This document shows positions 1 to 12,600 of a stretch of DNA of 64,000 bases, one piece after another. Made by a program: the position numbers and the translations under genes. This DNA is from Macrostomum lignano (lineage: Eukaryota): contig NIVC01003531.1 of the NCBI GenBank assembly GCA_002269645.1, positions 28,643 through 92,642 on the forward strand, given 5' to 3'. Under the pieces are notes generated by a model. That model did not search any database. It saw only the letters and a list, made by a program, of their open reading frames with translations, and had not been told where the DNA came from. Every line of letters starts with the position of its first letter. The stretch's first letter is position 1.

Positions 1-9
1 TCACAAATT

Positions 10-351
10 ATGAGGACTACATGTAGATGCGCTGCCGCAAAACCGAGTCATTCATTCGGCAGCGAATGCTCATCGTACCGCTTGGACCCCAGCCGGCCCC
101 AGCTGGTGGTGAGCAGCTCCTACTCGAAAAGCACCTACTGGGCTGAAGCCAGTCCGGATGTGATCAGCTGCTTTCTAAAGTGCGACACCGCCGCTAGCAA
201 CTGCCTGGCGGTGCTCTTGAGCCGACAGACTCGGCTCTGCTACCTGCTGAAGTTCGCCCTGGTGCCGCAGGCTCTGAGCACCGTCGAGGGAGTTTTATGC
301 TCGTGGCTAAAACGGTTTCTCATTGAACAAAATGTCGAAAGTTTTTTTTAA
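10..351 (+). CDS. possible terminal exon of an upstream host gene, product unknown
   Basis: GC-rich open frame followed by AT-rich sequence; possible acceptor ATGTAG near 26; no recognisable motif. Confidence 0.25.
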   Translation: MRTTCRCAAAKPSHSFGSECSSYRLDPSRPQLVVSSSYSKSTYWAEASPDVISCFLKCDTAASNCLAVLLSRQTRLCYLLKFALVPQALSTVEGVLCSWLKRFLIEQNVESFF

Positions 352-1052
352 TTCTATTTTTCTGAAAAACTTTTGAAAAATCGTACATCAGCGTAGAACG
401 TGTGCTTAAAGTAGTTAATTTTTATTATCTTATATGTTATGAGCTGACTCAAGTTCTCAGCCTCTTATAACGTTACTAACGGTTAATATATAGAGCTCCT
501 TTCTGACCAACTATATGAACATAACAGCATCCCAAACAGAATTAGTTTGAGTTCAAACAATCGTGAGTTCATTCACTAGTGAGGCAGGTGGCAGAGGGGC
601 TCTTGATTAAGTGATTAAGTTGGTTAAACGCTTGAAATCCTTTTTTTAAAATTTAAAAAAAATTAAATCTTTATTATTGTTGTCTCCTACGGGGGGGCTA
701 AGATTGCTAGTCCAATATACTAAAATTTGTACGCAAATGCTAAGAAACTGAAATATTGCTATCTCGCTAGTGCGAATTGAAGAACACTTCAAGTCATACT
801 CTGAATTGTACAGCATTGCTGCACTGCCTACAAACTACGCAGCAACAGGCCAGGGGGTGCTCAGTTGTACAGCTAAAATATCTGCTCAAGTACTCAGCCG
901 ACCAAACAAAAGTAAGAGAGACGAACCAACCAGAGCAAATGAGGGGTCGGCGAGACCAGATGCGCAGCAATAAATGCAAGAGCAGGGAGCGGAGGAGGGT
1001 GACAGCTCAGCTCAGAACCCGGACTGCTCCAGGAGAGACTAGTACTGTTGCC

Positions 1053-1129
1053 ATGGAGACTAAAATTGCAGAGGCCCTGCAGAACGAAGACAGCGAGAGG
1101 CTGCAGCAGCTGTGCCGGCAGCTTGACAG
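1053..1129 (+). CDS. ankyrin gene coding exon 1 (METKIAEALQ...)
   Basis: ATG 1053, donor GTGAGA 1130, phase 2 joins exon 2 in frame. Confidence 0.65.
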
Positions 1130-4100
1130 GTGAGAGACTGCAGTCAGGCGTCAGCTGAAACTTATTATGGCATTTCCCGCTCAGGTTAGGAGCCTTAAAT
1201 TTGATCACAGATAGGAAATTCAAGCTTGAAAGTCGACAAAAACTTTAGTCTATGGTCGAAACCCATGCCAATGTAATCTGCGCTGTCATAAACTCGGCGA
1301 CACGGGTTGAGAACGAGGATGCGCAGTTGTGTTAGAGGAGGAGGTGAGTCCTCAGCACTCCACCAGCTCAGCTGTCAGTTCAGGTTGCATGACAGGAGCT
1401 CAGATGTCTTTAATAAACGACTCATCGCCACTCATTTGCTCGTGCCAAAGTCCTGCACAAGCCCTGAGGCGATTAAAAACTTTGTCTATGTCTAAAACTC
1501 CTTACGTGATCAAGATCAGTCAGTGGCAAAAACGCTTTGCTCTTAGTGATTGAACTCGCCCTCCGATGACCGAATTGCTGGCTTGATGGCATGGGTTTCG
1601 GCCATAGACTAAAGTTTTTCAACTTTCAGGTTTAATCAGCTTTTAGCCTTTTAACTTTCAGCTTTTCTCTATTATTAGAGGCAAACAAACCATGCCCATT
1701 CGATTTGGACAACCGGTTTCCCCCTGTTTGATTAAAATCAAATTAAAAATTGCCATCTGGATGGCAAAAGTCTGCATTCAATCGCGAAATGCAACGCTGC
1801 GCACTGGCAACCATATTGGGCCATAAAATACAGCAAGCAACTCAAGGAAGCGATTGTAAAGCTAGCTATAAGGCCAGGTACGACAAAGCAGGTACTGCAA
1901 CGCGCAGCCAGTGTACACTGAGCATTTGTATGCAGCTCTAGTGGCCACTCCTGCGTGAAAGGCGGTGCACTCTTATTGACAAGTAGGGCAGTTCGCGAGG
2001 CGCCCTGAGGCAGAGTCTGAGTAGTCCCTCTGCCCCGAGTTAGGGCAGCCACCCCCCTCTTAGCCTGCATTTCAAAGCTATTTTCTAAGAAAGCTACGCG
2101 GCGAGTTTCGAGTTTCGAATTTCGTCAGCGGGTGCTCTGCTTTTAACCGCGAGAAGAAAAATGCTAATGAAGCTTTTGGAAGAACTCTAAAAATATCGAA
2201 AAATGAGTCTGAAACTCACCCCCGAAATCTGAGATCCGAAAACATTAGGTATAAAATTCTAACACTGGTTATCCCACACTGGTTATCCCACAATGGTTAT
2301 CCCACACTGGTTATCCCACAATGGTTATCCCACACTGGTTATCCCACAATGGTTATCCCACACTGGTTATCCCACAATGGTTATCCCACACTGGTTATCC
2401 CACACTGGTTATTCCACAATGGTTATCCCACACTGGTTATCCCACACTGGTTATCTCACAATGGTTATCCCACACTGGTTATCCCACACTGGTTATTCCA
2501 CACTGGTTATCCCTCACTGACAATCCCACAATGGTTATCCCACACTGGTTATCCCACAATGGTTATCCCACACTGGTTATCCCACAATGGTTATCCCACA
2601 CTGGTTATCCCACACTGGTTATCACACAATGGTTATCCCACACTGGTTATCCCACAATGGTTATCCCACACTGGTTATCCCACACTGGTTATCCCTCACT
2701 GACAATCCCACACCATCTCCTTTGCATCCAGCAACCCGACGGTAACTCTCGAAGGCTTCGACGCGGACGCGGAGCCGCCGGCGCAGTCGGTGGCGCACCA
2801 GCTGGCCTGCCGGTCGCGCAGCGCCAAGGCGCTCTCGGCGCTGCTCCGCCAGGTCGGGCCGGGCTGTCTGGCCAGCAGGAACGCCTGTGGCGACACGCCG
2901 CTGCACTGCGCCGCCCGGTACCAGACCGACGCCTGGCTGCAGCTCATCTGCGACCGGCTCCAGCTCGATGACGTCGACTTCGACGTCGCCGCCGCCTTCC
3001 GCCAGCCCGGCCGGTCGAGGCGAACCCCGGCGCACAGCGCGGCGCAAAACCGGCGGAGCAACTCGGCGCTACGGTGGCTGGTGCGGCACTGCGGCAGCGG
3101 CTGCCTCGCCGACACTGACGAGTTTGGCTTCACCGCGGTGCACCTGGCCGCCTGGCACCAGGGCGTCAACTCAATGGAGCTGCTCAGAGATGTTCTGGGA
3201 GGCACCGCCTGCTTTCTGCAGCAGGGCCGTTGCGGCCGGACCGCCGTGCACTGCGCCGCCGTCAACCCGGTAGCTGCTGGGGGCCTTGCGGGGAGCGGGT
3301 TGCCATGGATACGGCCTCTGATTAGTGCTTGTGGCGCATACTGATAGTCATAAAGGATTGCTAATCTAGCCTATCATGGATGCAGGAATAGAATGGATTG
3401 CTAATCTAGCCTATCATGGATGCAGGAATAGAATGGATTGCTAATCTAGCCTATCATGGGTGCAGGAATAGAATGGATTGCTAATCCAGCCTATCATGGA
3501 TGCAGGAATAGAATGGATTGCTAATCTAGCCTATCATGGATGCAGGAATAGAATGGATTGCTAATCTAGCCTATCATGGATGCAGGAATAGAATGGATTG
3601 CTAATCTAGCCTATCATGGGTGCAGGAATAGAATGGATTGCTAATCTAGCCTATCATGGGTGCAGGAATAGAATGGATTGCTAATCTAGCCTATCATGGG
3701 TGCAGGAATAGAATGGATTGCTAATCTAGCCTATCATGGGTGCAGGAATAGAATGGATTGCTAATCTAGCCTATCATGGGTGCAGGAATAGAATGGATTG
3801 CTAATCTAGCCTATCATGGGTGCAGGAATAGAATGGATTGCTAATCTAGCCTATCATGGGTGCAGGAATAGAATGGATTGCTAATCTAGCCTATCATGGG
3901 TGCAGGAATAGAATGGATTGCTAATCTAGCCTATCATGGGTGCAGGAATAGAATGGATTGCTAATCTAGCCTACCGACACCTGCAGAATGGCAACTCTAC
4001 CCTGAAGTGGCTGATCAAGGAATGCGGCCGGGCCTGCCTGGAGATCGAGGACAGCTACGGCGACACGGTGCTGCACTTGGCCGCGAGGCACCAGCCGGGC

Positions 4101-5144
4101 ACCGAGGCCATGCGGCTGGCCCAGCGGGAACTCGGAACTGCCGGCAGCTTTGCCTGCTTCCGGCGCAGGGGCCGCTGGAAGCGGACGGTGGTCCACTCGG
4201 CGGCCACGAATCCCAAGGACAACTTGGCGCTGAAGTGGCTGGCCAGGCAGAGCGGCCGAGACTGCCTCGCCGCTGTCGACAAGTTTGGCAACTCGCCGGT
4301 GCACCTGGCCGCCTGGAAGCAAGGCACCGACTCCATGGAGCTGATGACGCGGAGTTTGGGACCCGACTGCTTCCTCCAGCAGGACCAGTGGGACCGCACG
4401 GCGGTGCACTGGGCCGCCATGAACCGCGGCGGGAACTCCGTCCTCAGGTGGCTGGTGGCGCAGCTCGGGCCGGACTGCCTGAAGCAGCCGAACAGCTTCG
4501 GGAACACCCCGGTGCACCTGGCCGCCTGGAAGCAGGGCGCCGACTCCATGGAGCTGATGAAGAACGAGCTGGGATCCGAGTGTTTCTCCTGGCTTGGCCA
4601 GTGCGGCCGCTCCGTGGTGCACAAGGCGGCTCTCAACCAGGCCAGCTGCGAGGCACTCAAGTGGCTGGTGGAGCAGCTCGGCAGCGACCGCCTCAGGGAG
4701 AAGGACAACCAGGGAAACAGCGCCGCGCACCTCGCCGCCTGGAAGCAGGGCGAAGAATCGCTAAGCTTCATCGTCGACAAGATCGGCACGAAGATGTTCA
4801 AGGAGCGCGGCAACTTCGACTGGACGGCGGCGCACATGGCGGCACAGAACAGCGGCTCCGCCCTCGCCTGGTGCATCAACGAGCTCGGGCCCGACTGCCT
4901 AAAGGCGAAGGACTTGCGAGGTCGAACCCCGGCCCACCTGGCTGCCCGGCATTTGGGCGCGGCCTCGCTGAGCCTCATCAAGGACAGCCTGGGCGCGGCC
5001 GCGTTCGACAACCTCAAGGACTTTGATGGCCGGACGGTGGCGGACTACGCGGCTGAGAGCGGTGATGAGGCAGAGTGGATGCTGGGCTGGATCGTGGAGC
5101 AGCAGGAGGAGGAGGAGCAGACTCGAAAGTCGCATTCCGAGTGA
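1053..5144 (+). CDS. ankyrin-repeat protein, ~590 aa, 3 coding exons (1053-1129, 2732-3269, 3987-5144)
   Basis: All introns GT-AG with consistent phases (AG|GTGAGA 1130; CATCCAG|C 2731; CCG|GTAGCT 3270; CTGCAG|AAT 3986); about 15 ANK-type motifs (GDTPLHCAA, GNSPVHLAA, GRTPAHLAA); the junction AAVNP|NGNSTLKWL matches the internal repeat pattern. Confidence 0.85.
1226..1630. mobile_element. MITE-like element (~400 bp) bounded by ~45-bp imperfect inverted repeats, in ankyrin intron 1
   Basis: CTTGAAAGTCGACAAAAACTTTAGTCTATGGTCGAAACCCATGCCA (1226-1270) is the imperfect reverse complement of ~1587-1630; no TSD resolved. Confidence 0.55.
2262..2711. repeat. 14-bp minisatellite CACA(C/A)TGGTTATCC
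   Basis: Direct tandem copies in ankyrin intron 1. Confidence 0.95.
2732..3269 (+). CDS. ankyrin gene exon 2
   Basis: In frame with ORF 2790-3344; ANK motifs; flanking splice sites. Confidence 0.85.
3355..3973. repeat. 40-bp minisatellite ATGGATTGCTAATCTAGCCTATCATGG(A/G)TGCAGGAATAGA, ~15 copies
   Basis: Near-identical tandem units filling ankyrin intron 2. Confidence 0.95.
3987..5144 (+). CDS. ankyrin gene exon 3 (terminal)
   Basis: ANK motifs; stop TGA 5142-5144. Confidence 0.9.
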   Translation, partial: NGNSTLKWLIKECGRACLEIEDSYGDTVLHLAARHQPGTEAMRLAQRELGTAGSFACFRRRGRWKRTVVHSAATNPKDNLALKWLARQSGRDCLAAVDKFGNSPVHLAAWKQGTDSMELMTRSLGPDCFLQQDQWDRTAVHWAAMNRGGNSVLRWLVAQLGPDCLKQPNSFGNTPVHLAAWKQGADSMELMKNELGSECFSWLGQCGRSVVHKAALNQASCEALKWLVEQLGSDRLREKDNQGNSAAHLAAWKQGEESLSFIVDKIGTKMFKERGNFDWTAAHMAAQNSGSALAWCINELGPDCLKAKDLRGRTPAHLAARHLGAASLSLIKDSLGAAAFDNLKDFDGRTVADYAAESGDEAEWMLGWIVEQQEEEEQTRKSHSE

Positions 5145-5793
5145 ACAAGGCGACAGGCAGTCTTGCCATTGAGGCATTTGAGAGCACAGAACTCAAAACT
5201 TCCGCCTCAACCGATGCGATCAATGCAACACTTGAAGGTCAATGTCGACAAGACGCCATTAAAAAGCAACAGCAAAAGCAGACGAAAAAGCAGACGAAAA
5301 AGCAGATCTTCCATTTTAAAAAATTCATCCCAAAACTGAGCAGCAGCCCCTGCCAAACTTTTTATTGATGCGTGTTTTTTTAGCCAGCAAAAATAATTGT
5401 AAAAAAATATGTTTATACTAAGCAAATGCCAATTTGCAGGAATTGGTGCGCAGCAACACCTGGGGAAATAACATTCTTGCTGGGAGACATTTTAGCTAAT
5501 AAAATAAACCAATTGTGACTGAAGAATTAAATGACAATTAAATGCCAAAAAATGATAAAATTTTAAACGACTGTCCGAACTCAACAGAGCCTGCAGTACA
5601 CAGTATTTACACTGGCATATAGCTAATAGGAGTACAGATTTGTTGCCAGAACATATGCCTTGAATAATTAGTTAATAATTACCTATGGCTGCCGATAGAA
5701 ATGCACCTGTGATTTTGTTAAGAAGCTTGCATGCTATAGCTAGTAGACTTTAGTACTAATTCGTAAATAACTAGATAAATATACACAAACGGG

Positions 5794-6046
<253 letters not shown>

Positions 6047-6060
6047 GCAGTCCAAGGCTG

Positions 6061-6681
6061 TCACTCGCTCTCGCTGTCACTAAAAACCGCTGTTCTCCTC
6101 CTGGCGGCAGCCGCTGCTCGCCGTTTGCTGCCGCCGCGTGCGGCGCCCGACGGTCCGGCGCCATCAGCTGCCGGAGCGGCCGCAGCAGCAGCAGCCGCGT
6201 TGGCGCCACTGGCCGCCGCGCTGGACCGCTTGCGCCGGTGGTGCGCCTTCTTGGCGGCCTTCTCGGCGGCTTTCTCGGCCCGCTCCATGGCCTCCTCGTT
6301 GTCCACCTGCTTGAGGTGAAACTCCTCGATCTTGGCGTTCAGCTCAGCCAGGCAGCCGGCGAGGTCACCAGGGCCTCCGCCGGCGGCAGCGGCTGCGGCA
6401 GCGGCGGCGGGGCCCTGAGGCGCGGCTCGGCCAGCGTTGGCGGCGATGGCCTTGAAGCAGTTGTACACCTCGGTCTCGTGCAGCTTGTCAGCCAGAGTGC
6501 AGATGTGCTCCAGCAGCTTGCGCAGCATCCGCTCGCTGTAGGTCATCAGGTTCAGGCAGTAGGCGAAGTCGCGCCACTGCCGGGGCTGCTCGGCGCTGCG
6601 CAGGCGGATGCACAGCTTCTCCACCAGCTGCTCGCAGTGGCGGTCGCCCCGGATCAGGGGGAACAGGAAGTCGCAGATTTC
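6061..6681 (-). CDS. NCAPD2: NCAPD2 exon 11 (terminal)
   Basis: CAG|GAA acceptor; LVEKLCIRL..QWRDFAYCL; stop 6061-6063. Confidence 0.9.
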   Translation of the reverse strand, partial: EICDFLFPLIRGDRHCEQLVEKLCIRLRSAEQPRQWRDFAYCLNLMTYSERMLRKLLEHICTLADKLHETEVYNCFKAIAANAGRAAPQGPAAAAAAAAAGGGPGDLAGCLAELNAKIEEFHLKQVDNEEAMERAEKAAEKAAKKAHHRRKRSSAAASGANAAAAAAAAPAADGAGPSGAARGGSKRRAAAAARRRTAVFSDSESE

Positions 6682-9600
6682 CTGCGCGGGTTCCACGGTT
6701 GACGGCGATTTACAATGGAGCTTTGTGGCCACTATGGGCTTGCTTCAGGGCCACTATGGGCTTGCTTCAGGGCGACTATGGGCTTGCTTCAGGGCGACTA
6801 TGGGCTTGCTTCAGGGCGACTATGGGCTTGCTTCAGGGAGACTATGGGCTTGCTACAGGACCACTATGGGCTTGCTTCAGGGCGACTATCGGCTTGCTTC
6901 AGGGCCACTATGGGCTTGCTTCAGGGCGACTATGGGCTTGCTTCAGGGCGACTATGGGCTTGCTTCAGGGCGACTATGGGCTTGCTTCAGGGCGACTATG
7001 GGCTTGCTTCAGGGCGACTATGGGCTTGCTTCAGGGCGACTATGGGCTTGCTTCAGGGGTGACTATGGGCTTGCTTCAGGGGTGACTATGGGCTTGCTTC
7101 AGGGCGACTATGGGCTTGCTTCAGGGCGACTATCGGCTTGCTTCAGGGCGACTATGGGCTTGCTTCAGGGCGACTATCGGCTTGCTTCAGGGGTGACTAT
7201 GGGCTTGCTTCAGGGGTGACTATGGGCTTGCTTCAGGGCGACTATGGGCTTGCTTCAGGGCGACTATGGGCTTGCTTCAGGGGTGACTATGGGCTTGCTT
7301 CAGGGGTGACTATGGGCTTGCTTCAGGGCCACTATGGGCTTGCTTCAGGGGTGACTATGGGCTTGCTTCAGGGGATACTATGGGCTTGCTTCAGGGGATA
7401 CTATGGGCTTGCTTCAGTGAGACTATGGGCTTGCTACAGGACCACTATGGGCTTGCTTCAGTGCCACTATGGGCTTGCTTCAGGGCCACTATGGGCTTGC
7501 TTCAGGGGTGACTATGGGCTTGCTTTAGGAGTGACTATGGGCTTGCTTCAGGGCGACTATGGGCTTGCTTCAGGAGTGACTATGGGCTTGCTTCAGGGGT
7601 GACTATGGGCTTGCTTCAGGGGTGACTATGGGCTTGCTTCAGGGCGACTATGAGCTGGCTTCAGTGAGACTATGGGCTTGCTTCAGGGGACACTATGGGC
7701 TGCCTGAGGGGACATTATGGGCTGCCTCAGAGGATATTAAGTGCTGCCTCAGGGAGGTTATGGGGTTGCTTTAAATATGACTTGTGCGGCAGTTGATTTC
7801 CGGAGCATCGCGTGTTACCTTGAAGTGATCCTCATGGGTCTCGGCATCGCTCAGTCTGTTAATGATATCCGGCAGCACATTGTACAGCGCGTTGCCCTTG
7901 TTAGACAGCTCGGAGAAGAACAGCTTGGCCAGGTGGGCAATGCGGGACTGCGAGTCGCAGATGCAGGTGGTCATCTCGCTGATCTGGCCTTTCACCTTGA
8001 TCATGTCGTTCAGGATGAGGTGGCTCAGGGTGTTCAGCGCGTTTAGCCGGACCCTGGCGCTGGAGTCCCGCAGGCGGCCGTAGAGGCTGGCGGTCCAGGG
8101 CTCCACCAGGTTGGGGAACCGCTTGGCCAGGTCGCCAAGGGCAACGATGAGGTTGGCGCGGATCACCTCCGATTGGCTCTTCTCGGCCAGGGTGAACAGC
8201 AGGCCGAGGTGCTGCTCGCAGAACTTGCCGGACACCAGCATGAGCTTGGCCAGGGCCAGGCTGGCCGCGGCTTGCAACTGCTCGGACTGGAAGCTGGCCG
8301 GCTGCTCGCACACGTGCACAATCAGCGGGGCCAGGTGGCTCAGCAGGTGGCGCTCGTCGTACAGCAGCACGTCGTCGAGCAGGCGGCGGATCTGCTCAGC
8401 CTCCTGGTCGTCCGCCGAGGCACCTTCCAGGCCGAGCTCGTCCTCAGCTGAGGCCGGCTGGACGCTCTGTGGGAGTGAAACCGGAGTGAGTGAAGAGTGA
8501 GTGAACAGGAGTGAGTGAAGAGTGAGTGAACAGGAGTGAGTGAAGAGTGAGTGAACCGGAGTGAGTGAAGAGTGAGTGAACCGGAGTGAGTGAAGAGTGA
8601 GTGAACCGGAGTGAGTGAAGAGTGAGTGAACAGGAGTGAGTGAAGAGTGAGTGAACCGGAGTGAGTGAAGAGTGAGTGAACCGGAGTGAGTGAAGAGTGA
8701 GTGAACCGGAGTGAGTGAAGAGTGAGTGAACAGGAGTGAGTGAAGAGTGAGTGAACAGGAGTGAGTGAAGAGTGAGTGAACCGGAGTGAGTGAAGAGTGA
8801 GTGAACAGGAGTGAGTGAAGAGTGAGTGAACAGGAGTGAGTGAAGAGTGAGTGAAACGGAGTGAGTGAAGAGTGAGTGAACAGGAGTGAGTGAAGAGTGA
8901 GTGAACAGGAGTGAGTGAAGAGTGAGTGAACCGGAGTGAGTGAAGAGTGAGCGAACAGGAGTGAGTGAAGAGTGAGTGAACAGGAGTGAGTGAAGAGTGA
9001 GTGAACCGGAGTGAGTGAAGAGTGAGTGAACAGGAGTGAGTGAAGAGCGAGTGAACCGGAGTGAGTGAAGAGTGAGTGCACAGGAGTGAGTGAAGAGTGA
9101 GTGAACCTGAGTGAGTGAAGAGTGAGTGAACAGGGGTGAGTGAAGAGAATTTCAAAGGAGTGACTCAAAAGTGAGCAGGAACACAAATTCCGAATCCCAG
9201 CTTCCAACCCCCAGTGAAAACCTTCCGCTTCGAGGCCTTCACAGCCGACGCCCGGCCGGTCTCCCCGCCTTTGTTGGCTTCCTTCAGCGCCGTCCGGCGT
9301 TTCAGCTCGGCCAGCACAGCCACCTCCAGGTGCACCAGCACCTTCAGGGCCACGTGACCGACCAGGGCCACGAACTTGGCCAGCATGCTGGACGCCAGGG
9401 TCAGCGACGGTTGCGGCGCTTCTGGACCATCGTCCGACATCTCGACAGCAGCGTCCGCGGCCTCGGCGTCGGCGTCGTCCAATTGAATGGCATCCGCAGG
9501 TTCCGCGGTCGCAGCCGCCGCCGCCGCCGTGACAGATTTCCTGCGGCTGCAGTCAAGCAGCAGGCGGGCCATGCGGCGGATCAGCGAGGCGGCCAGCTGG

Positions 9601-12600
9601 TCCGGACTGTCGGCCAGGGTGTAGATCACCGACACCGCCTGAGGACAGTGATTGGGCTGGCTGGACTGCGCTTTTGCTTGGCTTTGCTACTCATAGTAGG
9701 ATGCGGCTATATGTAGCGTCATTCTGCTCGGGGCTCAGGCTGCTGAGGGACTGGAGAGGGCAGAGCACAGGCTGCTGAGGGACTGGAGAGGGCAGAGCAC
9801 AGGCTGCTGAGGGACTGGAGGGGGCAGAGCACAGGCTGCTGAGGGACTGGAGGGGGCAGAGCACAGGTTGCTGAGGGACTGGAGAGGGCAGAGCACAGGC
9901 TGCTGAGGAACTGGAGGGGGCAGAGCACAGGCTGCTGAGGGACTGGAGGGGGCAGAGCACAGGCTGCTGAGGAACTGGAGGGGGCAGAGCACAGGCTGCT
10001 GAGGGACTCGAGGGGCAGAGCACAGACTGCTGAAGGACTGGAGAGGGCAGGGCACTCTGCTGAAGGAAATGATTCAATGGAAACAAAGGAAAGAAGCTGA
10101 GTCAGGCCAGCAGAGAATCCGGACCTGCTCCATCATGGGCATCCAGAACCGGCTCTCCCCAGACGCGGACGACACAATGATGTCCAGCAGTCGCTGGAAC
10201 AGGTCGCTTTCTGTCGGCATCCGGCAGGACTCGGGCGCGGCAGCGACGCCGGAGCCAGCGGCGGCATTGGCGGCAGATTTGGCTTTGGCCGGCGTGGCGG
10301 CCATCCGCTGGAGGGCCACGCAGGTGTACTGCACCAGCTGCAGGTCGGTGCAGTCGGCGCAGAGGCCCTCGCTGACCAACAGCTGGGTGTTCGCCCGCAC
10401 GATGCCGGGCTCCTCGGCGGCCATCATGCCGAGCAGAATGACGGCGGCGCGCCGGTCCTGGCTGGAGTTTCCGGCCCGACGGGCGAACTTGTCCCAGGCT
10501 CCCTGTGCAGAATGGGATTATTATGGCGCTTGAAGTGGCTTCATGTGTCGGTGAATGTGTCGGTAAAACTGTCGGTAAGTGTGACAGTAAAATTGTCGGT
10601 GAATGTGTCGGTAAAATTGTCGGTAAGTGTGTCAGTAAAATTGTCGGTGAATGTGTCGGTAAAATTGTCGGTAAGTGTGTCAGTAAAATTGTCGGTGAAT
10701 GTGTCGGTAAAATTGTCGGTGAATGTGTCGGTAAAATTGTCGGTAAGTGTGTTAGTAAAATTGTCGGTGAATGTGTCGGTAAAATTGTCGGTAAATGTGT
10801 CGGTAAAATTGTCGGTGAATGTGTCGGTAAAATTGTCGGTGAATGTGTCGGTGAATGTGTCAGTAAAATTGTCGGTAAGTGTGTCAGTAAAATTGTCGGT
10901 GAATGTGTCGGTAAAATTGTCGGTGAATGTGTCGGTAAAATTGTCGGTGAATGTGTCGGTAAAATTGTCGGTGAATGTGTCGGTGAATGTGTCAGTAAAA
11001 TTGTCGGTAAGTGTGTCAGTAAAATTGTCGGTGAATGTGTCAGTAAAATTGTCGGTGAATGTGTCAGTAAAATTGTCGGTGAATGTGTCGGTAAAATTGT
11101 CGGTGAATGTGTCGGTGAATGTGTCAGTAAAATTGTCGTAAGTGTGTCAGTAAAATTGTCGATGAATGCGTCGGTAAAATTGTCGGTAAATGTGTCGGTA
11201 AAATTGTCGGTGAATGTGTCGGTAAAATTGTCGGTAAGTGTGTCAGTAAAATTGTCGGTGAATGTGTCGGTAAAATTGTCGGTAAGTGTGTCAGTAAAAT
11301 TGTCGGTGAATGTGTCGGTAAAATTGTCGGTGAATGTGTCGGTAAAATTGTCGGTGAATGTGTCGGTGAATGTGTCAGTAAAATTGTCGGTGAATGTGTC
11401 AGTAAAATTGTCGGTGAATGTGTCGGTAAAATTGTCGGTGAATGTGTCGGTAAAATTGTCGGTGAATGTGTCGGTGAATGTGTCGGTAAAATTGTCGGTG
11501 AATGTGTCAGTAAAATTGTCGGTGAATGTGTCAGTAAAATTGTCGGTGAATGTGTCAGTAAAATTGTCGGTGAATGTGTCAGTAAAATTGTCGGTGAATG
11601 TGTCGGTAAAATTGTCGGTGAATGTGTCGGTGAATGTGTCAGTAAAATTGTCGTAAGTGTGTCAGTAAAATTGTCGATGAATGTGTCGGTAAAATTGTCG
11701 GTAAATGTGTCGGTAAAATTGTCGGTGAATGTGTCGGTAAAATTGTCGGTGAATGTGTCGGTAAAATTGTCGGTGAATGTGTCGGTGAATGTGTCAGTAA
11801 AATTGTCGGTAAGTGTGTCAGTAAAATTGTCGGTGAATGTGTCGGTAAAATTGTCGGTGAATGTGTCGGTGAATGTGTCAGTAAAATTGTCGTAAGTGTG
11901 TCAGTAAAATTGTCGATGAATGCGTCGGTAAAATTGTCGGTAAATGTGTCGGTAAAATTGTCGGTGAATGTGTCGGTAAAATTGTCGGTAAGTGTGTCAG
12001 TAAAATTGTCGGTGAATGTGTCGGTAAAATTGTCGGTAAGTGTGTCAGTAAAATTGTCGGTGAATGTGTCGGTAAAATTGTCGGTGAATGTGTCGGTAAA
12101 ATTGTCGGTGAATGTGTCGGTGAATGTGTCAGTAAAATTGTCGGTGAATGTGTCAGTAAAATTGTCGGTGAATGTGTCGGTAAAATTGTCGGTGAATGTG
12201 TCGGTAAAATTGTCGGTGAATGTGTCGGTGAATGTGTCAGTAAAATTGTCGGTGAATGTGTCAGTAAAATTGTCGGTGAATGTGTCAGTAAAATTGTCGG
12301 TGAATGTGTCAGTAAAATTGTCGGTGAATGTGTCAGTAAAATTGTCGGTGAATGTGTCGGTAAAATTGTCGGTGAATGTGTCGGTGAATGTGTCAGTAAA
12401 ATTGTCGTAAGTGTGTCAGTAAAATTGTCGATGAATGTGTCGGTAAAATTGTCGGTAAATGTGTCGGTAAAATTGTCGGTGAATGTGTCGGTAAAATTGT
12501 CGGTGAATGTGTCGGTAAAATTGTCGGTGAATGTGTCGGTGAATGTGTCAGTAAAATTGTCGGTAAGTGTGTCAGTAAAATTGTCGGTGAATGTGTCAGT

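Noticed and set aside
3355-3973. Regular 20-46-bp arrays as possible CRISPR arrays
   Set aside because: Head-to-tail units with no unique spacers, no cas genes, intronic eukaryotic context
3966-5026. Long overlapping ORFs on other frames and strands of GC-rich exons (also 6125-6702, 7741-8500, 37613-40970)
   Set aside because: Shadow ORFs expected from high GC; no motifs
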